Assembly: GCA_951406725.2 (NCBI GenBank)
Contig: OX597824.1
Coordinates: 37,076,001 to 37,140,000 of the forward strand
Reading direction: 5' to 3'
DNA: 64,000 nucleotides
From: Octopus vulgaris
Taxonomy: Eukaryota
Made by a program: the position numbers and the translations under genes. Position 1 is the first letter of the stretch. Each line of letters starts with the position of its first letter. Below are positions 38,264 to 50,674 of the stretch, in pieces. Under the pieces are notes generated by a model. It had not been told where the DNA came from. It made no database searches and was given only the letters and a program-made list of their open reading frames with translations.

Positions 38264-40268
38264 AATAATTACAGAGGTATCAAGCTGTTGGATCAGGTAA
38301 TGAAGGTTACAGAGAGGGTCATAGCCCAACTGATTAGGGAGAGAGTCAACTTGGACGAGATGCAATTTGGTTTCATGCCAGGGAAAGCACCACTGATGCC
38401 ATATTTCTGGTGAGACAGCTTCAGGAGAAATACCTAGCCAAAGATAAGCCCCTGTACCTGGCTTTTGTTGACATGGAGAAAGCCTTTGACAGGGACCCCC
38501 GATCCCTTATCTGGTGGTCAATGAGGAAACTAGGGATAGATGAATGGCTGGTGAGAGCTGTGCAAGCCATGTACAGGGATGCCGTAAGTAAGGTTAGGGT
38601 TGGCAACATGTACACAGAAGAATTCAAAGTAGAGGTTGGGGTCCACCAGGGTTCAGTTCTCAGCCATATCCTATTTATCATAGTCCTCCAGGCAATTACA
38701 GTGGAATTCAAGACAGGTTGCCCCTAGGAGCTCCTCTATGCTGATGACCTTGCTCTAATTGATGAGTCACTATCAGAACTGGAGGAGAAGTTCCAGGTGT
38801 GGAAGGAGGGATTAGAATCAAGGGGTCAACCTAGCTAAAATCAAAGTACTAATAAGTAGGAAGGTAGACAAACCACAAATGTCTTCAGGAAGATGGCCCT
38901 GCTCGATCTGGAGAAAAGGTGTAGGTAGAATCTCTATAGGATGTACCCAGTGTAAGCTATGGACACCTAAGAGGTGCAGCAATGTCAAAGGAAGGCTAAC
39001 TGGGAAGATAGCTTTGTATGTGGCAGATGCTCAGGAGCAATAAACTCTGAAAATCTGCAGAAAACAACTTCCGTCACTTTCCAGGGGGAAAAACTAGAAG
39101 TAGTTGATAGCTTCCGTTATCTAGGTGACCAAGTCAGAAGTGGAGGTGGGTGCGCTGAAAGTGTAACTGCTAGAGTAAGAATAGCCTGGGCAAAGTTCAG
39201 GGAGCTCTTACCTCTGCTGGTGACTAAAGGCCTCTCGCTCAGAGTAAAAGGCAGACTGTATGATGCATGTGTACGAACAGCCATGCTACATGGCAGTGAA
39301 ACATGGGCCGTGACTGCTGAGGACATGCGTAAGCTCGCGAGGAATGAAGCCAGTATGCTCTGATGGATGTGTAATGTCAGTGTGCATACTCGACAGAGCG
39401 TTAGTACCTTGAGAGAAATGTTGGGCCTAAGAAGCATCAGTTGTGGTGTGCAAGAGAGACATTGTGCTGGTATGGTCATGTGGCGAGAATGGGTGAAGAT
39501 AGGTGTGTGAAAAAGTGCCAATCCCTAGCAGTTGAGGGAACCCATGGAAGAGGTAGACCCAGGAAAACCTGGGACGAGGTGGTGAAGCACGACCTTCGAA
39601 CTTTAGGCCTCACTGAGGAAATGACCAGCAACCGAGACCTTTGGAAATATGCTGTGCGTGAGACGACCAGGCAGGACAAGTGAATCCAGCCCACTTATGC
39701 ATGCCTTTCCTCCCTTGGACACACAAAGACCTGTTGAGGCAAGCGAAGTCGATATCGAACCTCATCCGACGACAGGCACCCTTGCGAAGACCTGTTGGGG
39801 CAAGTGAAATTGAAATCGGAATCGAAATTGAACCAATCCTATGACTGGCACCCGGCAGATGCCAGGACCCCTGGACTGGTGGTACGTAAAAAGCACTATC
39901 CGAATCGTGGCCGATGCCAGCGCCGCCTCGACTGGCTTCCGTGCCGGTGGCACGTAAAAAGCACTATCCGAATCATGGCCAATGCCAGTGCCGCCTCGAC
40001 TGGCTTCCGTGCCGGTGGCACGTAAAATGCACCGATCCGACCGTGGCCGTTGCCAGCCTCACCTGGCACCTGTGCAGGTGGCACGTAAAAAGCATCCACT
40101 ACACTCATGGAGTGGTTGGCATTAGGAAGGGCATCCAGCTGTAGAAACACTGCCAGATAAGACTGGAGCCTGGTGCAGCCTTCTGGCTTCCCAGATCCCC
40201 AGTCGAACCGTCCAACCCATGCTAGCATGGAGAACGGACGTTAAACGATGATGATGATGATGATGATG
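38262..40268 (+). mobile_element. 5'-truncated RTE-clade LINE: RT, Cys-rich insert, C-terminus, 3' UTR and (GAT)n tail; inactivated
   Basis: NYRGIKLL, QFGFMPG, LAFVDMEKAFD, GVHQGSVLS, ELLYADDLAL, WPCSI...CTQCKLW..KRCS..FVCGRC, LHGSETW, WYGHVARM and RGRGRPRKTW, with several stops and frameshifts. Confidence 0.93.
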
Positions 40269-40729
40269 ATATATATATATATATATATATATATAACAGT
40301 AAAGTGAGTAGCTACATCAATGTGACAGATGAATGTAACTACTAGTTTAACTCCAGGCAGATTATCTGCCAACTGGTTTTCAGTGCAAACTCTGCACCCT
40401 TTATATACAATATATCACTAGCAGGGGGAGCAAACTCCTACTATCCTCCAGCAGCTGACAGGATCGCAGAACCAGCCAGTTTCGAGCTATGAGATGATCC
40501 ACAAGTGTTATGTGAATCACTTGTTGGTTTTGCCATTGAATTCGTTCCAGCCATGAAACTACTTGCTTTAGGTCAGATTCTTATCCAGTTGCATTGCTTA
40601 ATATTATGGAAAGAAGTGATCAGCCCGAAGACAGACCGTGGATCCCAAGAATTCAGTCGAAGGATTAATTTGTGGTATGTCCTGTCATGTGTCTTACTTA
40701 AACCATTTTGTCTTTACTGCAGTAGCAGC

Positions 40730-40791
<62 letters not shown>

Positions 40792-41063
40792 CAGCAGCAG
40801 CAGCAGCAGCAGCAGCCAAATATCTTTTTTATATTTTGTTTAAGTCATTAGAATACGGCTATGTTGGGGCATGGCCTTGAGGAAATTTAGTCAAATGAAT
40901 CGACCCTAGTTCTTATGTTTTTTTAAGCCTGTTACTTATTCTATCAGTCTCTTTTGCCAAACTGCTAAGTTATGGGGATGTAAACACGCCAACACCGGTT
41001 GTTAAGTGGTGGTGGGGACAAACATGGGCACAAATACACACACATTCACCCTAACATATACTC

Positions 41064-41325
<262 letters not shown>

Positions 41326-41879
41326 TTATATCCATCACAGGTTTTGTTGGAACTCCTGGAGTCTTGCATGCATACTCATGCACACTCACATATACCTTTA
41401 CACTCATCCACACACATGGTGAGCTTCAGTACAGTGCAGTACTAAATGCCACTCACAAGACAGTGGCCCCTAACCTGTCTTGCTAAGTTAAAAATAACAA
41501 CTTATTCAAGTGCTGCACAGTTGGACTGAACCCAGGCACACAGTTGCCAAGTGAAACCTAGTTATCTCTGCATATCTTCAGTGAAGTGAATGAGAGACAA
41601 ACCCCTATCTGGAAACCCTTCCTGCCCATATATTCTCCCACAGCCACTAATTTGCAATGATTCAAAATGATCGTTAAATTTCATCAGTTTCACTGTCCTT
41701 ATTAAAGGACATCACACGAGAGAAGAAAATTGGGCACAGTGAGTCTGGCTGTGGCCAGTCAGTCCAGTGCTTGCTCAGAAGGTGCTGGCACAGATCAGGC
41801 ACTGATGGTCTGCTGGGATTGAAAGCGAAGAGTTGGCTCTGAAAAACATCACCATTATCATCACTATTATTATTCTTAT

Positions 41880-43185
41880 TTCTATCTATCACAGGTTTTG
41901 TTGGAACTCCTGGAGTTTTGCATACATAGCAGGCTTGTTGCCTACAGCCTACGGTACCATGCTATCTGTTCTTTTCAACTATCTAATACTTTCCTGACTA
42001 TTCTGGCTGTGCCAAGGAGGCAAAACTTTTGTAACAGTTCTGCTGGGCACTCTATTCCAGTTTCCTTTATATTCCTCTTGATGCGTTCTGATACTGTCTC
42101 CAAGGAACCAAAAATAATTGGCACTATCTTCACCTTCTTCATTTTCCATAGCTGGGCTATTTTGTACTTAAGAGGCTTGTATTTATCTATTTTTTCACCT
42201 TCCTTCTTGACTATTTGTGAATCAAAGGGACATGCCATATCAACTGTATTGCATATGTGGTGCACACTGTCCACCACCACCAGGTCCAGTCTGTTATGCT
42301 CTAGCACCTGATCTGTTTGGATTGAGAAATCCCAAGGGATTTTGCTAGTCTCTGACTCCACCACTTTCTGCAGTTTGTGCTCATACCACATCTTGCCTCT
42401 CTTTATCCCCCACTTTTCACACAGTTTCCAATGTAGCACTTTCACTACCTGACCGTGTTGCCACAACTTGTAGTGGTTTGGGGCAAGTCTAGGTCATTCG
42501 TTCATGATATGGGCAATGGTTTCGTCCACTCTATTACAGATGTGGTGCAACAGAGACACTTGTTCATTCCTAAAGTTGACCCTCCAATTCATGGGCAAAG
42601 CTTGGTCTTGCGCTGCTAGTATAGTGCTCTCAGTCTCTTTCTTTAGTGTTCCTTTCATCAGCCAATCCCACTTATTTTTTCCAGCAACTTCTGTTGTGGC
42701 TACATGGAATTGATTGTGCAGTCCCTGTTGCATAACACTTCTTCATCTCCTTTTTGTACTTCTTCCTTTGTTTTTCCATTTTTCTCTGCTTTCAATACTC
42801 CCTTATTCCTAACTGATGCTAGCAAGGTTTCATTACTTTGGGCTAGGTATCTCACTAAGCTCTCAAATTCGATACATACGCAGTCTTCCACACTTATCAG
42901 TTCCCTTCCTCCATTTGTTTACTCCATGCATAGGCGATCAGCATCTGCACATGGATAATAGGCTCCGTGCATTGTTAGGAGCTTTTTTGGCTTCCTGTCC
43001 ATCTCCTTTAGCTTCCCCTCTATCCACTTCAGGATTCCAGTGCCATACCAAACTACTGCAATTGCGTATGAGTTTTTTGCTGAAATTATGTTTCTGGGAT
43101 TTTAGTTTTGAAACCAGTCAGACCATCAGCAGACCATCATGGTCTGCTGGGACTGAAAGCAAAGAGTTGGTTCTGGAAACCATCA
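41880..43185 (-). mobile_element. R4/Dong-like LINE, internally deleted, with restriction-like endonuclease domain
   Basis: WDWLMKGTLKKETESTILAAQDQAL, DETIAHI, LHWKLC, WDFSIQTD..EHNRLDLVVVD..DMACPFD..KEGEKIDKYKPL..VPIIFGSL. Flanked by TAA/TGA repeats. Confidence 0.88.
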
Positions 43186-43228
43186 TCATCATCATCACCA
43201 TCACCATCATTATTATTATTATCATTAT

Positions 43229-43450
43229 TAAGGTGACAAGCTGGAAGAATTGTTAGCATGCCAGGCAAAATGCTTGGTGGTATTTTATCCATCTTCACAT
43301 TCTGAGTTCAAATTCTGCTGAGGTCAACTTTGCCTTTCATTCCTTTTGAGGGGTCAATAAAATAAGTACCAGTTGAGTGCTGGGATCAATTCAATCCCCC
43401 ATTCCCCTCCCCCAAATTTCAGGCCTTGTGCCTATTGAAGAAAGGATTAT
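43229..43450 (+). mobile_element. Family-A SINE, diverged
   Basis: Homology to the other copies. Confidence 0.75.
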
Positions 43451-43458
43451 TATTGTCC

Positions 43459-43495
<37 letters not shown>

Positions 43496-43499
43496 CATT

Positions 43500-45030
43500 T
43501 CCTTTTAATCTACATCACTTTTAATTTGCAATTACTTACTGAGACACACCCAGAACCCTAGGCAAGTGAAGGATAAGAGATATTACAGTATAACTGAAAG
43601 CTTGGGGTGGCAAGTGACAGGGGCAGTAGCAAAATATTTCCATGTAATACAACACAGACATTTAAATTGAAGGGGTTTTTCTAAGGCTGTACTTGTCAAC
43701 ACAATCTTTTGAATTTCTCTGAGACATGGTTCTCCTGGGATGTTGTCTAGATGTTTCTGTCATCCCTTTTTTTTATCATACATAAGGGCACCCACAATAA
43801 CAGGAACAGTTTTTGCTTTAAGATGCCACATCTGTTGTATTTCAATTTCCAGGTCCTTATATTTACTAAGATTGTCAAATTCCTTTACAGATATATCTTT
43901 ATCAGTGGGAACACTTACATCTATTAGTCTACTGGTATTTTCTTCCTTGTCTTTAATAATTATGTTTGGTCGATTAGCCAGTGTTGACCGAAAAATCCCA
44001 GAGGATAGTGACATTTTTACTTTCAATGACTGGTTCAAGATGATGTTCATACAAGTAAGCAGGAGTGCCAATTATGTAGCGTTAACATATTTTCCAATGT
44101 AAATACTGTCCCACCCCATCGTAGCAATTTTTGTATTTGTTTGATATCAGCACAGGACATCTGGAAATGAGATGGTTAATTGTTTCATCAAATGTGTCGC
44201 AGAATCTGCATCTAGGGTCTGTACCATTTTCAAGAACGTTAGCCTTGTAGTTTTTGGTAAGCAAGCTTTGATCTTGTGCCGACAATATGAAAACTTCTGT
44301 CTCTGCTTTCAGTCCTGAACTTCTCAGCCACTGATGGGTTGTTGCTTGGTCTACATCAGCATTTTGACTTTGAAGTATATACTGTCCATGCAGAGACTTT
44401 TGGCTTCACCACTCCACAATTTGTTTCTGCCTGTTCTTTTTTTTTTTTTTTTGCTTTCTGCTTGATCCGGTTTGTTTGTTTGGTGGCAGTGGTTTCAGGT
44501 TCTTCATCTAATTCAGGGTTGATGCCAAGTTCCCTTGCGAATTTATAAGCTTCCTTGATATTAGAATATGACTTTTTTGTTATTTTGATGTTTGTACATA
44601 AATCACAGCATCCAGTCCTCTTTACTAGATAAACACCTATTCATTGCTATTGCGAAGGTCTTATAGCACAGTTCTAATTGCATTATTCCTCTTCAGCCCA
44701 CTAGGTAGGTGCAGACAGTCAACGTCTGCTTTTGGATGGTGCATGTTCTTAGATGTCAATAATTTTCTAGTTTTCCTGTCCCTGCATTGGAGCTCAATAG
44801 GATTCCAGTTAGTGATGTTAAAACTGTATCAAACTACTGGAAGTGCCAGGGTGTTAATGGTTTCAACACAATTTTCTGAGTTCAGTTCAGTCTTCAGTAC
44901 AAGTCTTATTCTCCTATAGTACTGCTTGTGTGCACTCGCTTTCTGCCAATTCGCTGAAAACAGGACCTACAAAGACCATGTGAACAGTCCCTTTCTTCAG
45001 ACCAAATGAATCAAAAAATATATAAACCAG
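43500..45030 (-). mobile_element. Second R4/Dong-like LINE (different subfamily), decayed
   Basis: AQDQSLLT, CRFC...ETINHLISRC (CCHC finger), NRPNIIIKD, LIDVSVPTD, KYKDLEIEIQQMW and VPVIVGAL. The 3' end abuts (TAA)n. The segment at 44925-45030 recurs at 58545-58650. Confidence 0.88.
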
Positions 45031-45104
45031 AATTAAGAAAAACCTCCACACTGAAAGACTTCAGCTCAGAATCACAAACAGTCAAAGCATTCAACAATAG
45101 AATC

Positions 45105-46075
45105 TTCCTACTATTTACTGTAATGGATTATGGTACCCTAGTTATAGTACCTAGTTATAAATCTAAATACAGCAAGGCCCTCACTCTCTGTTCACCAATC
45201 TAATATCTTACCAACTACAAGAATGCAAGACAAGGATACACGACAGTATACAAGACAAGAACAAAAACAGTATTCCTGCTACTTACTGTAATAAATTATG
45301 GTACCCTAGTTATGATACCTAGTTTTGGTGCCTCAACCACTGTCCCCAATCTAATATCTTACCAATTATAAGTATACAAAATAAAAATGACAAGAGCATA
45401 AACAGTATTCCAGCAACTTACTGTAATGGATTATGGTACCCTAGTTATAGTACCTAGTTATGGTGCCTAGTTATGAATCTAAATACAGTAAGCTCCTCAC
45501 CCTCTCTCCACCAATTTAATATCTTACCAATTATAAGTATACAAAATAAAGATGACAAGAGCAAAAACAGTATTCCTGCTACTTACTGTAATGGATTGTG
45601 GTACCCTAGTTATCATACCAAGTTATGGTACCTAGTTAAGGTACCTAGTTATGAATCTAAATACAGCAAGCCCCTCACCCCCTGCCCACCAATCTAATAT
45701 CTTACCAATTATAAGTATACAAAATAAAGATGACAAGAGCAAAAACAGTATTCCTGCTACTTACTGTAATGGATTGTGGTACCCTAGTTATAGTACCAAG
45801 TTATGGTACCTAGTTAAGGTACCTAGTTATGAATCTAAATACAGCAAGCCCCTCACCCACTGTCCACCAATCTAGTATCTTACCAATTATAAGTATACAA
45901 AATAAAGATGACAAGAGCATAAACAGTATTCCTGCTACTTACTGTAATGGATTGTGGTACCCTAGTTATAGTACCAAGTTATGGTACCTAGTTATGAATC
46001 TAAATACAGCAAGCCCTTCACTTTCTGTCCATCAATATAACATCTTATCAACTACAACTCTACAAAACAAAGACA
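45105..46075. repeat. Tandem array of ~178-bp monomers (about 5.4 copies)
   Basis: ATGAATCTAAATACAG starts at 45473, 45651 and 45829 (period 178). The outer copies are more diverged. Internal GTACCTAGTTA sub-repeats. Confidence 0.92.
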
Positions 46076-46429
46076 AGAAGAAGAAAAACAACATTCTTCC
46101 ATCATCTAAAAGAAACTTAGTTTCAAACGATGACTTATCTCAGCAATATTTTTTATGTTTTTACTCGAAGCAACAGAAAAAACAACAAACAATTCATTCT
46201 CAGGCCATCCTGATGAGTTGCTAATTACTCAGAAGAGAAGAAGAGTAAACATTCCATCAGAGTAGCTTAATGAAAACCCTCGTTTTTTTTTTTACTTCCT
46301 CATATGCTGCACCCATATTACACCTCATCTGTTTACTTTCCATCACCCAAACCGCCCAGCCCTCCATTTCACCATTCCAAACCAACACACACCATTAATA
46401 ACCTACAAACTCTTGCTTTTATAACACGG

Positions 46430-46860
46430 GGGTGGTGGGGAGTGCTGGTGGTGGTGTAGTGGGGGGGAGGTAATCGTCGTAGTCGTTGTTGTGGTCGTCA
46501 TCATTGTCATCACCATCATCGTCATTGTGGTGGTGGTGGGGTGGTGGTGGTTGTTGCTGTTGTTGTCGTTGTTGTTGTTGGTGGTGGTGGTGGTGAGTAC
46601 ATAGTGGCGTTAGTAATGATAGCGGTATTGGTGTTGGTGTTGGTGGTGTTGGTGGTGATGTGTGGTGGTGGTGGTGATGCTGGTGATGATGCTGGTAGTG
46701 ATAGTGGTAGTGTGGATGGTAATGGTGTGGATGGTTGTGGTGTGGACAGTGGTGGTGAGTACATGGTGGTGGTGGTGGTGCTGCTGCTGCTGCTGCTACT
46801 GCTGGTGCTGGTGTTGGTGGCAAGTACATGGTGGTGGTGTTAGCAGTGTTGGTTGTAGTT
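46430..46860. repeat. Degenerate (GGT/GTT/GCT)n low-complexity tract
   Basis: Read directly from the sequence. Confidence 0.9.
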
Positions 46861-47192
46861 GAATTTTTGCTAATCAGTGGTAAAAAGATGTTAGTGGTTG
46901 TGTAAATAGCAGAGAAGAAACAAATGTTCTTTCCTATAAAATATAATCACCAACGGCAGAGTCAATGCCACCAGTACCATCACCTCCTCTTCCTCCACTA
47001 CTACCATTGCCACCACCACCACCAATAACAACAACTCCATCTCCCTTCTTTTTCTCCCTTTTTAGTTTTCTTGCCTTCTTTTTTTTTTACTTCCTCCTTA
47101 GATTAGATTCTCCACATGATTCACTTTCTTTTAATCCTTTCTCATCATCATCTTTACCTTCTTTTCCTTGTTTTTCTTTTTCTTTTGTTTTC

Positions 47193-47265
47193 CTTCTTCT
47201 TCTTCTTCTTCTTCTTCTTCTTCTTCTTCTTCTTCTTCTTCTTCTTCTTCTTCTTCTTCTTCTAC
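47193..47265. repeat. (CTT)n microsatellite within a polypyrimidine tract
   Basis: Read directly from the sequence. Confidence 0.95.
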
Positions 47266-48285
47266 TCCTCCTTCTTCATTTCCTCCTTTTTTTGCCCTCT
47301 TCCTCTTTTTAACATCCCTACCATCAATCCCACCCAAATTTCAGACCCCTTACCTGCCTTTTCTTTGCTCCTCTCTTTTCTTTGCCTTCTTTTTTATTTA
47401 CCCTTTTTGTTTCACCTATTTATTTAAAATAATAGCTTAATAATCGTAGATGTTGCAACTGATTTAAACACATCTAAAACATTGAAGAACGATAAGAAAT
47501 ACTATTCGAACCAATAACAGAGTTTCCCTAAATAGCTTTGTTATTTTCCAGCGAAAATGTTTGTAAACTAAACAAGGCTTGGAGCAGCCAGATGTTATGT
47601 TTATCTGCTAAAACAGTTTGATTTCCTTTAAAACAAGGTAGTAAAACACGAGAATACATAAGAGGAAATAACAAACCACTCCCATCCCTCTCCGTTGCAG
47701 ACCAATGCTTAAATATAAGATTCAAGTTGAATTTTCTTGACACGTTTCCTTTTCTGTTCCAAGTAAGAAGTCTGAAACCATTGAGAGACTTCAAAGAAAG
47801 GTGATAAATAGGTTCTGCTTTATGGTTATCTTCTAAAAGAAAGTCTGTTGCCCCCAATACAACAACCATCACTAACACCACCACTAAATATATATAAACA
47901 ATGAATAAATATAATTTAATATACTCTCTTTACTCTTTTTACTCTTTTACTTGTTTCAGTCATGTGACTGTGGCCATGCTGGAGCACCGCCTTTAGTCGA
48001 GAAAATTGACCCCAGGACTTATTCTTTGTAAGCCTAGTACTTATTCTATCAGTCTCTTTTGCTGAACCCTAAGTTACGGGGACGTAAACACACCAGCATC
48101 GGTTGTCAAGCGATGTTGGGGAGACAAACACAGACACACAAACATATACACACACATACATATACATATATACAACGGCCTTCTTTCAGTTTCCGTCTAC
48201 CCGAGACTATAGTAGAAGACACTTGCCCAAGGTGACATGCAGTGAGACTGAACCCAGAACCATGTGGTTCGTAAGCAAGCTACTT

Positions 48286-50257
48286 TATTTCATTTAATTT
48301 GCCACTAGGGCAGTATACAGAGTAGCTGCGGGCTGGACAAAAAACGTTAATGAATGATGGTGATGGACGAAGATGGTGATGGGAGAAGACGAAAGCGCCC
48401 GCCGACTTTCGCTTCTCTAAGACATTGTTCTTTTTTTTTCAAAAATTTTACATATGTTACAAGAGGCAATAAACCTCTTTCTCAATATAATATAAAAATG
48501 TTCAATGGGTTTACGTTACCTGGCCGACCAGCGCTCTTGCTTCTTTGAGGCAATCATTCCTGGTCAGGCCTTTATATACATGTATAAATTGAAATGAGTC
48601 CTCCGGGAAGGAATTCGCGATCCTGCACAGATCGTTATCGAGTAGGACCTCCGCAGCCAGCTGTGAAGGCCACTCGGGGTCCTCCGTGCAGGACCGAAGT
48701 TTCTCCCATTGGCCTCTCTTTCTCATTTTACATATTTCATTTTCTAATGTTCCTCCTTTGTAGAAGAGGACTACATATTGTTTCTCTGGCGGCACACCCA
48801 CCGGAGGAGACTTGGAAGATGCCGTCTGCGTGTTACAATCCGCTGGTGGCGTCCCGTTTCTCTTCTTCCTTTTTTTCCTTTAACCTTGGGCCTCGGGAGG
48901 TTGAGGTTCCAGTGTTGCACACACCGAGTCCTCTTTTTCTCCCACAGCTTCCGGGTCTTTTGGTGGGTCACCATTGCTCCCCACTTTTCTTTTTCTTGTT
49001 GAGGAAGTCACCGCTTCCTCGCTTTGTTTCTCTCCCTCCATTGGGGGGGAGGAGGCAGGGAGAGGCTCCAACATCAACTGCTCCAGGATCCTACTTTGGT
49101 CCTTGGGGCAGTTCTTCTTAATATGGCCGGTCTCCAGGCACAGGTCTTGGGGGGGCGTCCCTCAAGCATCACCGGATACCTGTACCTGGCCATCCTCAAA
49201 AAGTCCAGAAAAACCAGACTTTTGGCTGATTGGGTCCATAGGGTCAAAACAGCTTTTGACCCCTCCCAATCAGCCGCAGACTGTACTTTTACGTTCAGCA
49301 GCTTGGAACTGCTACCATCCAGGCCCCGGCGGATAGAATCCTCTATCCACTCGGGTTCAACGCCAGGTGGTAAGCCGCAGATCCAAGCTCTCAACAATTT
49401 TTCTCCCTTGTAATTGGGGAGAAACAATATTTCTTTGCCTTCAATGGGCTGGCTTGCAAAATCGCAAGCTGCTTTATTGGAGTCAAATAGCAACCAAACC
49501 GTTGCGTATTTAACTCCCCGTGTGATATATTTAACGGCTGGCATGTAATCCGCCAGCTCATTTAAAATGGTAGCCTTTGGGAAGACGGCTATGGTGTCGA
49601 GCGACTTCGAGTAAGTCCTCAACACCACGGTCTTCTCCTCCAGCTCTTTCAAGTACTTTTTGGGAGGTGTCAATTCCCATACAGTGAATTCCTTTGCCAT
49701 AACATAAAGTTCAAAAACAGTTCGAAGTATAGAGAAATAAAAATAGACACAAAAAGGAGAATGAGAAACACAACAGAAGGGAAGAAATGAAAATAGAAAC
49801 AGCAGTTCAAAATAGTTCTTTTTAAAAATAACGATAGCTGGAAGAAGAGTTCAAATTCAGCAAAGGAATTAATTATTTTGGCCGAAAAGGTACTCCTGGC
49901 CAAACGTTCAACAGTCTTTGGTGCTTCTTGGTAAATCCCAAAGAAAACAGTCCTTGGTTATCGTTGGTAATCTCCTCGAAAGCAAATAATTTTTGAGGAG
50001 GGGCTACGCCTCCTCAAAAAACACAATTCTCACTGCAAAGTGAGTCTTTATGCTTGACCACAGGCAGGAAAAATGTCCGGAGCAAAGTGGAGTCTATTAC
50101 TTGCTAAAAAATATTAAATGCAGAGCAATAAACTTCACTAAGCCCCTAAAAAATACAAAACGCCTACCTGTAGTCGAGTCTCAAAAGTTCAACAATTCAC
50201 GCCGAAAGACGTGACAACTGGAGCAGTCAAAAAACATGTCCGAACAAGTCGAAGGTT
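48286..50257 (-). mobile_element. ORF1-only L1/Tx1-type retroelement (HAL1-like) with 12-bp TSD
   Basis: TSD AGCAAGCTACTT at 48274-48285 and 50258-50269. About 550-bp 5' UTR, frameshifted ORF1 49700-48511, A-rich 3' end. No RT or endonuclease seen. Confidence 0.75.
48511..49700 (-). pseudogene. Gag-like ORF1 of a non-LTR retroelement, frameshifted
   Basis: The 208-aa ORF MAKEFTVWEL... reaches GRPPK, then a shifted frame gives DLCLETGHIKKNCP (CCHC knuckle missing its first Cys). Contiguous downstream ORF pieces run to 48511. Confidence 0.7.
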
Positions 50258-50674
50258 AGCAAGCTACTTACCACACATCCACTCCTACGCTTACACTGTA
50301 TCAAAAGGAGAGATACTAATAGTTTCTCGCCATTAAGACATGTGGTTAATGAGCTTTATGTTATAACATAAACCTACATAACCATGTGTCTCAATGACTA
50401 GAGACTGTTAGTTGCTCATAATTTAATGCAGTGTATATCAAATGGTATTTATCTCTCACTGGATGGAGTACTTTTTTTGTTGATCCTATCTTAACAGAAC
50501 AGTAAACTAAACAAAGAATAAATATTTAAATGATGAATCAAAATTTTCTCATGATCCATGAAACCATTACACCTTATTTTATCAATCTCTATGTTAGGCT
50601 GCTAAGTTACAGAACAGAAAGGGATACAGGAAAAGTAAAATCAGTGTAAATATAAATAGATACAGACACATATA

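Larger units (their letters stand above)
47925..50291 (-). mobile_element. Family-B SINE split by a 2-kb insertion (body 47925-48285, head 50258-50291)
   Basis: The SINE sequence resumes exactly after the duplicated AGCAAGCTACTT. Confidence 0.9.

Noticed and set aside
39875-40095. CRISPR-like appearance of palindromic repeats separated by spacers
   Set aside because: The spacers are similar to each other, the array sits in an RTE 3' UTR, no cas genes are present and the context is eukaryotic.
44925-45030. Possible HDV-like ribozyme at the R4/Dong 5'-side segment (repeated at 58545-58650)
   Set aside because: A GCGAAT motif is present on the minus strand, but I could not build the nested double pseudoknot by eye.
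45473-46224. Repeated ORFs beginning MNLNT in the 178-bp array
   Set aside because: 178 is not a multiple of 3, so the frame shifts with each unit. These are by-products of the tandem repeat.
46419-46862. His/Pro/Gln-rich ORFs that look like transcription-factor low-complexity regions
   Set aside because: All frames on both strands are similarly open because of the degenerate trinucleotide tract, and there is no adjoining folded domain.
47528-47884. 118-aa minus-strand ORF in non-repetitive sequence
   Set aside because: No recognisable motif, it begins in a low-complexity tract and it has no convincing splice signals. A BLASTP search would be needed.
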